This document shows, piece by piece, positions 34,645-50,297 of a stretch of 64,000 bases of DNA. How positions within the stretch are numbered: the first letter of the stretch is position 1; every line of letters starts with the position of its first letter. The stretch is from assembly GCF_009914755.1 (NCBI RefSeq), contig NC_060940.1; one strand, 5' to 3'. A program made the translations under genes and the position numbers. This stretch comes from the human T2T-CHM13v2.0 reference genome, Homo sapiens. The notes below the pieces were generated by a model, which ran no database searches, was not told where the DNA came from, and saw nothing but the letters and a program-made list of their open reading frames with translations.

Positions 34645-35810
34645 TTTCACACAGAAATCTGGAGAATATGAGTAGAAATGGATATTAAAAGTGTGGAATA
34701 ATGGTGTAAGAAACATAAAGTTGGATCAGGATGAATTTATTCATATGGGCCCACTAAGCAGAGATTCTGGACTCCATCTTCTAGGGCAAGGGATAGGAAA
34801 GTGTTCTAACAGTTTGTTTGATTGTTTGACTGAAACATGGACCAAAAGATGGACTACGTTAAATGAAGTTGAAATTCCAGAGTTGCCTTCATATACTGAA
34901 GGGAGGTATCCAAAGGTCTTAGGGTGATTAGAATGTTAGAGAGGATTTATCTTGTAAGACCTGCTCACCCACCCCAGGAGTGTCCAGAGGACACACCTGT
35001 CACCATGACTGTGAGAAATAAATTTGTGAGGGGAGCCCCAGCATCACTGAAGAGCACCATAGGTCAGACATTACAGTGGCAGCTGCCATCACCAAACTAG
35101 GATCCTTAAATGCAAGGGAGATAATTAGTGTCAGGGGCCGGGTAGCAGCACTTAATCACCAACGACAAGGTGGGCGTGACTACCATAATGCACAGCACAG
35201 TCAAAGCAGTAATCAGAACAGTCCGACTTGCTGAGACCTATGGCATTGGCTAGTTTGTCATTGTGTCCCTAGAAGAGAAATAGATGGGCATTCTACTAAA
35301 TTCTCTCCTGATCCTTATAGACAGAATTCTAGGTCAAATGAACTAAAGACCAATTTGAATCACCAAGACAGTGTCATGGCCCCTCAGTCAGTTCCCAGAC
35401 TTGAACCAGTTTACAGACCCAGAATCCCTTGAATGACGGAGAGGCTGGGTCCTTTTGAGGAAGAACCCTATTCCATCAACAAAAATGTATACCGCTATTA
35501 CTTCCAGCCTTTCCCAAAAGGACTTGAGGCTTCACATCAGACACTGGGAAAAAGAAATTAATCAGATTCTTCAGGAACTAGTGGGTAATACTATTTCCAG
35601 GAGATCCAAAACATCACTGTGGCCCAGTGGTCAGAGTTGGGGCTTACAGTTTTCATGTCATCAATGGAATTTTAGTTCAGGTCTATCTCATAGTGGACTC
35701 CGTAGTTCTCAAAACCCATTCAGTGGCTATTTCCCCAGTTCTGGCATGCATAATTGGAATAGACATACTCCACAGCTGGCAGCATTTCTACATGGTAATG
35801 CTTACTTTTA
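34645..35810 (+). mobile_element. ERVL internal gag-protease relic
   Basis: ORF pieces WNNGVRNIKLDQDEFIHMGPLSRDS (gag) and VRVGAY..VINGILVQV..ISPVLACIIGIDILHSWQ (protease) resemble HERV-L proteins; many stops, no DTG motif. Confidence 0.85.
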
Positions 35811-36000
35811 ATACATGATGACTCTCTCACATAAAACTGAAAATATGTGCTTCTTCCTCAAACTAATGCCATGCTCATGAAGTCCTCAGACTTTGGACAA
35901 TGCCCATCCTCCTTCTTGTATGCCTTAGAGTAATATCAGGAACTCTTTGATTTTGTGATCATTAAATAAAACTGCACACACAATGTTTTTTTAATAATCT

Positions 36001-36897
<897 letters not shown>

Positions 36898-39800
36898 TAT
36901 TTGCTGGCAGTTTCTACCATCATTGTTACCATCATTATTCAAGACCTGCAGGAAATATATGTAGGAAAAGATGAGATGAAGTCAATTCATGATTAACATT
37001 GCTTGGGTTTATGACTACTTTTTACATCCTTGGAGACTAATATTTATCATTTGTCATAATACAGCAGTTGCTGTATATTCTACCTCACGTTGAGAGAATA
37101 GTTAAAATGTGATCTCCCTAAAGGTTGGCATTTAAGTTACTCTTCAACAAAAAAAGATTCAAGTGGCTCAGCTACATTTCTGCACACCCCATTTGGTACT
37201 GATTTTACTGAAAACCACACTTCTAAGATGTTTAAATTGTATTTTTGCCCAGTGAAGTGAAAAGCTACCCTTTCACAAATGGGCTGTGCTGCAGTTTAGT
37301 CCATCAACCAGTTTATTCCAACTTTGTGCATTTAGAATTGCTAGAAGCCTCTTGAGCACATGATGGAAGAAATTCCTAGGAAATGAATATGAAAACAATG
37401 ATCTTCTTGCTAGTGTCCCCAGAGCATTTCCTAAAGGCATTTTTCAGTCAAGAAAGGGCCCAAGATTTCAAATGCATTATGAAATCTGATGAGGATGAGG
37501 AAGATGTCAACACTGATGATCAGGAAGTGAAATATGCAAAGCAATGCCAACCTCTTCCACAGAGCAGTGACTGAGACACATGTTATGATAGACTGACAAT
37601 TTATAACATGCTTTCTATATGATTCAGCAGAGAAGAGAGAAAGTAATGTTAGGAAACTACAGAATAACTTTCCCGGTTCTACATTTTGACTGCTCTGAAG
37701 TACATGCAGTGGCAGTCTTTCTTGTTTTATGTAAAAGTGTACGTGGGTGGAAAGGCAAGAATTATGGCTTATAGAAGGCTGTAGCTATCAGGGGAAATCC
37801 CTATTGCAAAGGCAGAGGAACTGAGTTGGGAAAACACACAATTTATTGGCCCCTATCTTATACTTTTCTCTTTGCAAAGCAACTTCGATAGTTAGAAGCT
37901 GCTTCACAGGAAAGAAAGAAAACAACAATAATGTATTCCTTTGTTTTAGGACTTTGGTTTTGTCTTTCTTCTATTTTCAGAAAAAGGTATCAGAGTAATG
38001 CATCTTAATTGTAAAAATGGTATAGTTTATGAGTTTATCCAATATTAGGAAAGAAAGCTATTCGATGATTAATTTATTGTCATTAATCTGTGAAGATAAG
38101 GATGCTGCAGTCTTGGTCTTAAATGCTCTGAGAACTGCGTGCCTTGTTTTCTTATAGAACATGGATGGATTTTGAACTCTGTTAGCTTTGGCCTCAGTAC
38201 AAATAAGCATTTTTGTTTGTTTCTGAATGGGCAGCGTATTTGCTAAAATGCTCTGGACTCTAAATGCGCACAGACACAGTTTCCATGTTACCAAAATGTA
38301 GTAGCAATAACAGGAAACATATATTCCAACATACATTTGATGCGGTATTTTATGTGGACATAGCTTGACCGAAAGTCTTACAAGTCAAAGAAGTGTCCAT
38401 CACCTTAAAGTTATTAACTTAATGGACAATATAATATAAAGTAAAACTATACAAAATTTAAACTGTGACAAAAATAAAGAACGTATTGCTCCTGTGGTTA
38501 AATTGTATTGCATTAAGGCAAAAGTAACAAAAAAAGAAACAGTACAAAATACAAAGGTACTTTGCTGGAACATTTAAAAGAAAAATCCCACCTACTCCCC
38601 CTACCCCACCCCTACAACCAGTGGGATTCATCCTGACATACAGGGAAAGTGATCAGAATGGACTCAGTGTAGACTTTGGTACTGAAAGTTGTATAAGTGT
38701 GGCATTCTATAACTCAGTTACTCTTTGTTACTCTCTGTCAACAGTATATTGGGTTTCAGATATAAAGTTAAAAATATCATTCTCTTGTATAAGATGATGG
38801 TGAAGGCAGGTGAAATATGCTAAAAGCAAATACAGTTACTGATCATCGATACTTAGAAATTATGGATTTAGTAATGGCTTAGGCTGGCCTAATTAAAGTA
38901 CCAAACCAGTGTGGGTTTCATATGACAACATCTTAATGAGAGAAAACATTTATTATGGAATAGAAGGGGAAATGAAATAAAAACAGTTTGCTGCAGGTCA
39001 CCTTCATGGCCACTGAAATACCTGTGCATGGCCATTTTTTTCACTCATAGAATATACTGGAACTTTGGCTTTTATTGTCTATTGGGATTCACCCTGGTTG
39101 GCTATTTGAGTGAAACTAAGAGAAACATTTTATTCTACTTGGGGCTGTAGATAATGAACCAAAAGGTCTGTTGATGAATGAATCTACACTCTGAACAGAG
39201 AGATAGGTCCATTTGTTTATACAGTTACTTAAACTTTAGCTCAGCATTAGGAGATGGGGTCACAGCATCATGTCCTCTGCTTTGGAGTAGAGGTTCTCTG
39301 TTTCTTTGATCAATCCGTTGCATTTTTCTATAACTCTTCTTGGGCCACCCAGAATTGGGATTGGAAAATCCCCTCTTAGCAAAAGAGTATACAAACAAAA
39401 ATGGAATCTTTCAAAAAAATTTTTTTTTCATAAAGACTGTGAGCTAGACTTTCCCTTTGCCTCTACATATAAATTTGTTTTGGTGCTTGGGAGCAGTATC
39501 TCTTTACCACTATCCACCTCTTTACCTGTCCTACCCCTACACAGCAATTAATTTCCCTCTCTTAGTAGAGGAGAAATGGTAGTTTTCCAAGGACACACTA
39601 AAGCAATGCAGGATGAGTTGCATACTCTTTTAAATATCAAAGAATAAATCTTAGTATGTATCTTTAAATAATCAAATAATACAATTTTTAAAGATTCCTC
39701 TTTTGTTGTTAAAACAATACCCTCAGTGAATAAGATGAATCAATCAATCACCTATACCTTGATAAAACATCTGTTTTATGCCAAAACATGTTCTTGGCAT

Positions 39801-41799
39801 TGAGGAGAGGAGAGGATACCTATACCCTTGCATCTCACGGTCTTGTGGAGAAGAAAATGAGAGAAGAAAGACTTTCATAGTGGCAGAAGAGTTAAAAACT
39901 CTACAAAGCACCAAGAAAATTGACCAGAAGAGTAATGAACAAATAGAACAAAATTGGAAGATGAGGCTGGAAAGTAGGATTGGCATTTTTTCATGGAGGA
40001 TCTCTAATATCAAGTTAGTTAAATTGAAGTTTGTTCACTTCATTTTGGGGAACCGTCAATGATTTTGAAGTAATAAGTGAGAAAAATGTACTGGGTAATG
40101 TGTGTAGGTAATGTGTGTTGGAAGATAATGGAGACAGAGTAGATTTTCCAGCAAGTCGGGCAAGAGGTGATGAAGTCTAAATCAATATGTGTCAGTGGGA
40201 ACAACCCCACAATAATAATGTGAGCCTTTAAAAACCATTTCCTGTGATTAGATTACATTCAGAATATTCAGAATTTAAATAACCTATCAAATTTTATGTA
40301 ATCATCCTTATATAATGCTATCCATATTAACCTATATCTACTGGGTCAGTTACTTATTTTTTATTAACTCTTAGGCACTGGAGTCTGATAAATCCAACAC
40401 TGTTTTTAACAAACTTTCACAGCACTGATACAGAGCAGGATTCACTATGACTTTAACAAAGAGGAAATAATTTACATTCTTGCCAGGAATTCAATGTCAA
40501 CAGATATCAACTCTTAGAAGTAGACTTGTTATTAAGGTAGTGACAGTATATAAAACTCATCAATGACTAAAGGGGAAAACAGACCTTGATGCAAAACCAA
40601 ACTTAAAAAGCAAAAAAGGAACATGATTATTATTGATGTCATTTGTTTAAATTTCCTATTCGAAAAAAGCACTTTAATTACCATATGCTTATCATGTTGG
40701 TTGAATTCATTTATAGAGAGAATACAATCATTAATTATCATAATTAAGACACCTGAATTCAAAATGAATAGCATTCATTCTAACCCCAGTTGTAGCTATG
40801 TTTTATCTCTGACGGTTGGGTTTCCAATCAAATGTTATCTGATTTTTCCCCTTAATCATTAAGAAATGCTTTACTAATTAGCACATGAAATTCATGCAAC
40901 ATCAGACTGAATTGAATCAAGGCCTATTATCTTGAGCAGTAAGACACTTTGAAATTCTCAGTAATAGGGCATGAATATGTTATACAGTTCATACACATTT
41001 CATGAGCCTCCGCATTAGCACTATTTTTTTTTTCAAGACAGTGCCATTAGTTATGCCATTTTCAGGACCTTTAATTCGATCATGCTGCTTAACAGCCTGT
41101 TACATTGTGGTGTATAAAGTCATACATTAATTTATCTTTGGTTGCACTTCGGTGAAATGGTTGTATTTGGTTGTAAATATCCTGTTTGGAATGAGAAATA
41201 GCAGGCCACCTGAAAGGTACAAAGCACTGTTGAGTGCTTTAACACTTTTTGAACAACAGTTTACAATTTGTTCAACATATCCTCTCTTAGCTTGCCCTTC
41301 TCCACCTTACTCTCTGCCCAGGGGACTGATCTGTGTGATGACAACAGTGGACCTCCTCTAGGGCCTGTTTCTCTTGGGACTTGGCTAACGGGCATCTCTG
41401 ACCAGAGATTGAGGGGACCTGGCTCCTTCCTTCTGATGTCACTTGAGAATGGCTGTGTCCTCAATTGAAGGTCCCTGCTTTGGTCAAAAACAACCTCGTG
41501 TTGAGGATTCGTTGTTTTCAGATCCTCTTTTTCATCCGTTCTCGTGCTTCTTCTCTTCCTAGTTTTGCATCAGTCCTTGTGGTTCCTGTACACCCTGTCC
41601 ACATGTTTGTCAATACGTGCTCCTCAGCTGCCCTGGTCTGAGTGTGCTGTCTGTTTCCTTCTGGGACTCTGATTCATGCTGTACAGAACATTCTGCCACG
41701 GCAGGGAAAGGAATGGCCTTTTGTGTAGCTGAAGCTCCCAGACATGGCACGTAAAATGATAGCCATCGGGGTGTTAACAAATAACCATAAAGACAAAAA

Positions 41800-42078
41800 T
41801 TAGCAACATAGTTGTTGTTTAACACTGAGAGACTACCAACAAAATCTGGATTTCTTGCTAATGATCTGACAATGCAGAGCCCACATTCCCACATGGCAAC
41901 AGTCAGTGGAGGCTGAGCAGATCTGTATACTTTGGACACCTGGAAGGTGTACTTTCCAATCTGCCACATTCCTTCTTAGTCCCTATGGCCTCTCTTTTGC
42001 ATTATGGCTAGCTTCAATCTTTAGTACTCCTTGCGATACTTGGCATTCGTGGTAGGCATTTGACTTTTTACCTTCTGC
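41800..42078 (+). mobile_element. MER102-like hAT-Charlie element
   Basis: aaatctggatttct...gcccacattcccacatggcaac...gtaggcatttgacttt. Confidence 0.6.
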
Positions 42079-42178
42079 ACTAAAGAATCTTGCAGTCAAT
42101 GGGTGGTATACAAGTGCAGTTGAAATATCATTTGGGAATTAATATATTTTAATCTATATTTCCACAAGGATTTAATAA

Positions 42179-42728
<550 letters not shown>

Positions 42729-43556
42729 TGAGACTGTTTATTATAATATGTAATATATTAATTAAATTTTGTTAAATACAATATAATTATATGATGCCAA
42801 GTTAGCAAATGTTTTACTATATGTAAAATTTTAATTTATTATATTTGCAAAGTATATAATGTTTTTACAAGTAAAATCAGTTTCAGACAACTACACACTT
42901 TCTATTTTAACTTTATTTAACAATTATAGCTGTGTATAGTATTGCCCTTTAAAAATGAATCATAGATTAATAGATGCCATATGATTACATTAACCAGCTT
43001 TTAATAGTTTGTATTAAATATTGTGCTATGATAAATCCTTGGGTTGATCATTCTTATACATATATTTTTTGTATGTATTACTTTTTTGTGGAATGTTCAC
43101 AATATAATCCCAGGAAAAAACAAAAAGCTGGGCCTTTTTAACAAATATTTGAACACATTTTCTTAGTTCAAATAAATAGATTAATTAAATTTGAGTTTTG
43201 CCTGTATCAGGCACTGAGCAGACTGCAGTGTTTTTACATGTATTAACTTACCTCTTCCATTCAAATAATTATAAGCATGGAGTCACAAAATTCTAAAGAT
43301 CAGTGAATATTTATTTAGTATCTACTATGTGCAAGGGAAAGCTTCAAGCTCCAATAAGACATAGAGGTGAATTAGACCAACATCCTTCACCTTTTAGACT
43401 CTTAACATAGTTGAGTTTTTATTGCTGTTGAGTTAATGAATTTCTATGCTCTATCATGAAAATATCATAAACATATATAATAACATAACACACACATATG
43501 GGTACTTTATATAATAAATGATAACTACTTTTCCTCTCTTTTCCACTACAATATTC

Positions 43557-43692
43557 ATTAATTTTTTTTCTTTTTAGTAGAGATGAGGTCTTGCTGTGTT
43601 GTCCAGGTTGGTCTCAAACTCCTGAGCTCAAACAATATTGCTTCGGCCTCCCAAAGTGCCAAGATGATGGGCATAAGCCACCACACCCAGCC
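43557..43692 (-). mobile_element. FLAM (free left Alu monomer)
   Basis: Left arm only with own tail; TSD core ctacaatattc at 43546-43556 and 43697-43707. Confidence 0.85.
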
Positions 43693-45559
43693 TCAGCTAC
43701 AATATTCTTTCAATAATCAAAGAAAGCCTGGATTCTATAAAATCAAATCTGGAATTAACTGTTAAGCAAAGGTTTCATTTTGCAATTATGTCAAAGCCTT
43801 GATTTAATATTATGTGCGTTGGGGGTGTCTGGGAGTCTGTGATGGTGCATGTATAGACAAGGCAAAACTTCTGGAGATGGGTAGATTACTCCACAATACT
43901 GAACTCTGTGCAATTCAAAATCTGAGTTCATGGTTCACAGATGTCTTCAGTCTAGGAAGTTCTTTAGTTTTCATCAAATCTATTCCTCCTTTATACAAGT
44001 GAGAAAACTGAAGATCAGCAAGCTAGAGTGCCTCACCTACTGCAATGCAGCTAATTAGCATCACGACTGTTTCCTACAACTTATTAATCCAGAGGCTGTG
44101 GTCCAGATGAAGTTTGAAAACATACTGGGTTTTTGTAGTTAACTTTGTTTTCCTTTATTCATAGAAAGCGATGAGATTTTCAATCACGCTATGTGGGGTC
44201 TTTCACATTGTCCCAGTAGTCTGAATAAAAAACTGTGGATTGTATGCAATGTTATTTCAAGATCATAAGATGTTTTGAAAACAGATGGCAGTATACATGA
44301 AAGATCACAGGAGATAGCAGTTCACAGCAGTAATTAAAAGGATCCTGTACAATAGAAAGGCTTTTAAATTAAGCAGTAAACTTTACATAATTAGGCATTC
44401 TTTTTTATTGTTCATATTTGGCACACGTTTTAGACAGAATTTTTTTTTTCTGCCAACAGTATCTTTTTGTATATTTTATGCAGAAAAGGCATTTGAACAT
44501 TGTGCTCAGTCAGAAATCAGAATGGGAGAGTAAAATGGGGGACAGAGAAATCACTGAAACACAGAATAATTTAGGAATTTTCCTAAGGCCCTATAATGAA
44601 CCCATTCCATCATCTGAAAAAAATGGCAATAGTATCGTTCATAAGGATAGGATTGCTTTGAAGAGGAAATGTCATAATGTGAAAATTCTTTGAAACATTA
44701 AACATGGACATCATTAACATACACTTTCATCAATTTGCAGTTTTGAAAAATGTGCTTTATTTCTAAAACAAAACATAAATGAAAATGTAAAAAAGATCTG
44801 GTACAAATTTCATGAATTTACCTGATAAATGGTACAAGTAGAAACATACATATCAAAAAACGGCCAGACCTTTAAAATCACCTAGCTCAAGATTTTTCAG
44901 TGTTTTGATGTAATGTTTACCGAGTAACTACTGTGGGCCATCCACTGAATTAATTAGGTACTGGTGGTTGCTAAGACAAGGACAGTTATCTGAGGTACTT
45001 CTCTCCTAGATTCAAGTCTGTGTTTATGTGTTTTAATAGAGTGTGGAATATGAACCAAAATCAGCTTTTATGAATTAACAGAATCAAGTGTTTAATATGG
45101 TAAAAGACAGGGTTATTGTGATGGAATATAGAACATTTACAAATCCTTCTGCAGAAATAAACTTTGTTCCAATAAGGAGTTGAAATTATCCATGCGGTGC
45201 CCTAGTACCATACATGAGGCAGTGCTTTTTACCTCTTTAAAGTGTAATCCTGTATTAATCTTCAGATTCTTCTTTGATACTTGCCTGCTCTTGATTTTTG
45301 GCAAGTTGGAATCTTGCTAAATTGTGATCTTCCAACTTCTTCACTATTTGAATTCCACCTCTTTATCAGCTCCTTGACTTTATTGAATAGAAAGTCTCTC
45401 AGGTACAGGAAATGGGATTTGTGTAGTGTCAAACATGAGACTGAAATACAATATGGCCTTTGTGAAGGTCAAGCTGCTCTCCATTGCCACCTATTCTGAA
45501 AATTAAATGAAAGTTTTACCTTTCCAACTACTTAACCAAAGCCAGATTTGGTGACTAAG

Positions 45560-46010
45560 TAGGTCACAAGTGACATTCTTTTCTTGTCTCTTCATTTGTG
45601 CTACAATTTTGCACCCATTTTTAATGGACCTACATGGATGGCATTGTTTTTTTGGAGGACTTTTCCTCCTCAACACATGCTGTTGGGGCCTGTCCAGTAG
45701 CAGCATGTCTTATGCCTGGGCCAATTCGGACTCTTCCAGGAAATGTGATAGTCAGACAATAGGGAACTGACTGCATTTGCTGAAGTCACAGGCTGGGAGC
45801 CTAGAGTTGCCAATGATTGTTTTCACTGAGTGCACAAAATATTCATATGAGACAGAGACAAACAGAGCTTAGAATCGGGGGATACAGAGCCTTGATGGAT
45901 TCAGAAGGGTGACTGGTACAGCCCACCAGGATGATGGATATTTTTCTTTGTTTTATTTTTTCTTAAGCTACCATAAGAGCTTGCTAAAGGAAAATTTCTG
46001 ACAAAGGAGA
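45560..46010. mobile_element. Possible old MLT1 (MaLR) LTR remnant
   Basis: ctgggccaattcggactctt...gagcctagagttgcc...agagacaaacagagc...ttttcttaagct pattern; very diverged. Confidence 0.35.
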
Positions 46011-49000
46011 GAATTAATATACTTGAATTCCTAGTATTAGGCCTTTTATATAAGACAATTTATCTGAATTATATTGATAAGCAAATGATTAAATAAGACA
46101 TGGCATCTACAGTGAATTATGATCTAAGCGCAAAATTGTGCTCCTATATCATCAGTTAGGTACCACTGAGAAGGGTCTACATAACCTGCCCAGGGACTGG
46201 GGGGCAGTTTAGCAGGTATTTCTAGGTGATGGCCATGCTTGACCCTGTCATGAAACTAGGAGTTATTTAAGTATAGAGGTGTAGGACTCATTTTGTGTAA
46301 AATAAGAATGGAAAACCTAAGTCAAACAGTAAGGCACTTTCTGGCTGATTAAAAAATCACAATCTAATAGTTTTAGCTTCAGAAATATCTTAAGTGATTG
46401 CCTCCTGAAAGAAGAAAGGTGCTGTCCCATTACTGAAGGTGTTCAAACAGATGGCTTTATGACCTTTGGCTGGAGAATTAGCAGAGGAAATTCAGACATT
46501 AGGTAGAAAATGAAAACTTCAAATTCTGTTTGAGAACCCATGATTTATTTAAAATGCAGATGATAAATAAAATGCATATTTATTCCTGTGTAAACAGAAG
46601 GTATAATCCCCTGAGCACATGGGTCCTTTGTAGAAGCCATGCCACTTTCAAGATATATCTTTCTAGGAAGAGAGAAGCATGTTTATTGCAAAATGTAGGA
46701 GCAATTCATCTATCAGATAACAGGATCCAGCACAGCTCACACATGGGTCACTTGTCAAGCAAGCAACTCAGAACACCCAGAAATTCAGATAAATCAGACC
46801 AAATCATGCCACTGAATCTGACAGTATTATAAGCACTATAATCCTAGCTGTTAATGATATTGTGCCATTTATATCCAAAACAGAGGTAAAATTACTGTGG
46901 ACATTCTAAAGCTGCTAAAAGTGAAAAAAGCAAAAGGGTAGTCATCGTGAAAAACTTTAACAACTAAAAGCAAGCAGGGAATAGGCTTTAATTAAGTAAT
47001 AAATTAAGTAGTACTAATAGGCAGGGTTTGGATAAGAGTTCACTGTTGAATCTTTGATCATTACTATAGATTAGCAAAATGGCTGGAAAAAAAGAAAATA
47101 AATGAACATTTTGTTTGGGAAATAAATGTTTATTTTTCCTTGTAATTTATTCATACAATGAAATATTCAACATCATAAACATACCCACAAATTTATATTT
47201 ATGTAAACATGTGCATATATATATAGATAGATAGATGTATACGTTTGTGTATGCATACACAAATGCACATTTACCTCCTTTCTAAAGCAAAATTTACCTA
47301 ACACAGAGAATCTTTTCTTTGTGACATGAGGTCAATAAGTATTTGCTAAATAAATTAACTAATGAGTGCTTGCTATTCTAGAGGCTGTGATTACAGTAGA
47401 GCATTAAATGGACACAAATCATGACTAAGGGGTTTCAATTGTTCACAGATTAGAGTCCTCATTGTTACTTATTCTAATTCTATAATCCAGAAGGCCTGCA
47501 GGCTTATTGCTAGGTGGGGTGGCTTTGCCCTGTCCCAAATGACCCCAGCATACTGGATATTTTTAGTTTCCTAGTGCTGTTAGTTTCCTTTATCCACAGC
47601 TTTCAGTGCACTGATGGCTCAAGGAGTTTGAGACAGTTCAGAAGCCTCTGTATGGATGCATCAAAGACCATCTGTATTTAAGATAACTACTTTCATTGTT
47701 CAAATCTTTGTTTATATCTTTTCTTCTTTATGGGTCCATGGCTACAAAATTGTTATATATATGGTCTTTGATGGGGCAAGGAGTTACAGTAAATAAACAT
47801 GGTCAAAACACTTTAGTGGAAAGAAGAAAGTTGATGTTTTGTAAAGAAGTGAGCAAAGAAATCTACTTTGATCCAGGGTGATCTTTACAGATGTTGCTGC
47901 CCTTTTGTGAAATAAATACAAACTTTGGACTAGGAAAATTTCATGAGCAAACCAGAAAGTGAGACAGTTAAGTAAGGAAACAAACTAAAACCTATTTCAT
48001 TATTGAAAAATGCTTTTTTTAAAGATCTAATATTAACTTTTGCTTCATATATAGCAAATGTATTGTCCTCTCTCACAGATGACTAATTAAGATATAGGCC
48101 AACTGAAATATTTTATATAGAACCATCTAATTGATATAAATAATCTTTAAAGAATTTATTCTATAGTAATAATTTATTAAATTTGTGATGTTTGTTCATT
48201 AATCAGAGAAATTCATATAAAAACGGACTATGTGTGGATAGGTAGATACACACACATACACATGCACACAGATGCATGCATGCACACACACACACACCAG
48301 TGAACAGTTGCACTGAAGTCTTCATTTTTCTCTTAACCTGATGTCTGTTATAGTTGAATTGAAAATAATATATGGCAGAAAATGCATTTTCCAAATAGAA
48401 AATCTCTTGGTAGACCTTAAAGCTATGAAAAATTTAGGGCATCATTTAGCACATCATAAGTTTAAGTATTGATAACAAATACACTTTAGGTTACAGATTA
48501 ACCTACATATGAAAAAATGTTTTAGATGATTATAGCACACATGGTGTTAAATTCCTTTAGTTGACTTGACCTTGAAGATTTTGCAATAGCCGAAAGTTAC
48601 TGAGATTTCACAAGGAAGATTCTGCCTGCATCCTCTTGTTCAATGCAGTCCATTTGCTGTGACTTCTCATTTAGTCACTCTGGTTTGATTCATGAAGGAT
48701 ACATAAAGCTGTTTGAATATGCATAGGAGGCCTTGTATTCAATCTAATGTTCTCTGTTCACATCTGCAATTCTCTGAATATTCTAAATGAATAATATATC
48801 AAAACAGATGGCAAACTTTTTTCCTCCATAACTCACCTGAAATAGTCCTTGACCTCAATGTGAGTTAGGCTGACTTGAATCCACCGAATTTGTTCCCACA
48901 GGAATTCTGAGTATAGGAGTATGAGTAAAATTTGTGGCTTATATTTATTTTCCTCTCCCAAATTGCACCAATTAATCCCGAAGACTGATAATATAGGTTT

Positions 49001-49199
49001 TCATATATCAGGTAATTTTAATAAAACCTCACAAATTAACATGAAATAGATTGACATATGTTAAACCCAAGCCTCAGTTTCTCTTCAGTGGTCAGATGGT
49101 ACCCAGACTATTTGTGTTTGTTGTGGACTGTTAAGAAACTTTGCCTTTTATTGTAATTCTAACATGTGTCAGGATAACTTATATATTTAAATATCAGAA

Positions 49200-50297
49200 A
49201 GACTTTAAAATTGACATATTTTGAAGAGATATCTACACTCTTTGTTCAATTAGGCATTATTCACAATAGCTAAGATATGGAAATGATACAAATGCTCTTT
49301 GACAGATTAACAGATAAAGAAAAGGTGATACACACACACATGTATATCAATAATATTTTATCTCTCTCCATATATATACAGTCTGTCTTTTGTATCTCTG
49401 GATTCCACATTTGTGGGTTCGACCAACCGTGAATAAAACATAAAATATATAACATAAAACCCTGAATAAAACATAAAACATATTTGAAAAAAATAAGAAT
49501 TCAACAATAAAAAATAGTACAAATAAAGTAATAACTATTTACATAGCATTTACATTGTATTAGTTATTATAAATAATTCTACACAAATTTAAAGTATACA
49601 GGAGGATTTGTGTTGGTTATAGGCAAATATCATTTTATTAATTCTATATCATTTTATTAATATATGAGATATTTGAGCATCTGTAGACTTTGGTATCCAT
49701 GGAGGTCTTGAAACCAATCCCTGTGGATACTGAGGGATGACTATATATGTCATATTTTTCAGCCTTAAAGGAAAAGGAAATCCTGCCATTTGTAACAACA
49801 TAGATGAACCTAGGAGACATTATGCTAAGCCCATCACAGGACAAATATTGCATGATTCCATATATATGTGGTATCTAAAATTGTCAAACTCATAAAAGCA
49901 GAGAATAGAATGATAGTTGCCAGGGGCTGGAGAAGAGGGAAATGAAGAATTGTTCTGTGATGTGTATAAAGTTTCAGTTATGCAAGATGAATGAGTTATA
50001 GAGATCTATTGCACAACGTAGTACCTATCATTAACAATATGACATTGTGCAGTTTGAAAAACGTTGAGGACAGATATCATGTTAAGTGTTCTTACCCAAA
50101 ACAAACACACACACACACACACACATGCATACACACACAGATACTGACACACAAATTTGAGATGATGGATATGTTTGTTAACATAGTTGTAGTGGTGGTA
50201 ACATGAGTGTAGGCGTTATGTCCAAACTCATCAAGATGTACACATTCAATGTAGGCAATTTTTTATATGTCCATTGTACATCAATAAAGCTAAAAAT
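49200..50297 (+). mobile_element. L1MA9/L1MB-type 3' end, split by MER2
   Basis: gaagagatatctacactc...cattattcacaatagctaagatatggaa; 3'UTR ending catcaataaagctaaaaa. Confidence 0.85.
49379..49743. mobile_element. MER2 (TcMar-Tigger MITE)
   Basis: TIRs cagtctgtcttttgtatc and ggatactgagggatgacta, flanked by TA; internal catttacattgtattag. Confidence 0.85.

Noticed and set aside
33909-35810. Intact 5' half of a HERV-L provirus
   Set aside because: The LTR has its own 5-bp TSD on both sides and no primer-binding site, and the internal part starts mid-gag and is more decayed.
37383-37574. 63-aa ORF with acidic patch (SDEDEEDVNTDDQE) as a coding exon
   Set aside because: Short, no recognisable homology, weak acceptor and no clear donor.
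41131-41150. tctttggtt resembling the miR-9 5' end
   Set aside because: Only 9 nt match, with no continuation and no precursor hairpin.
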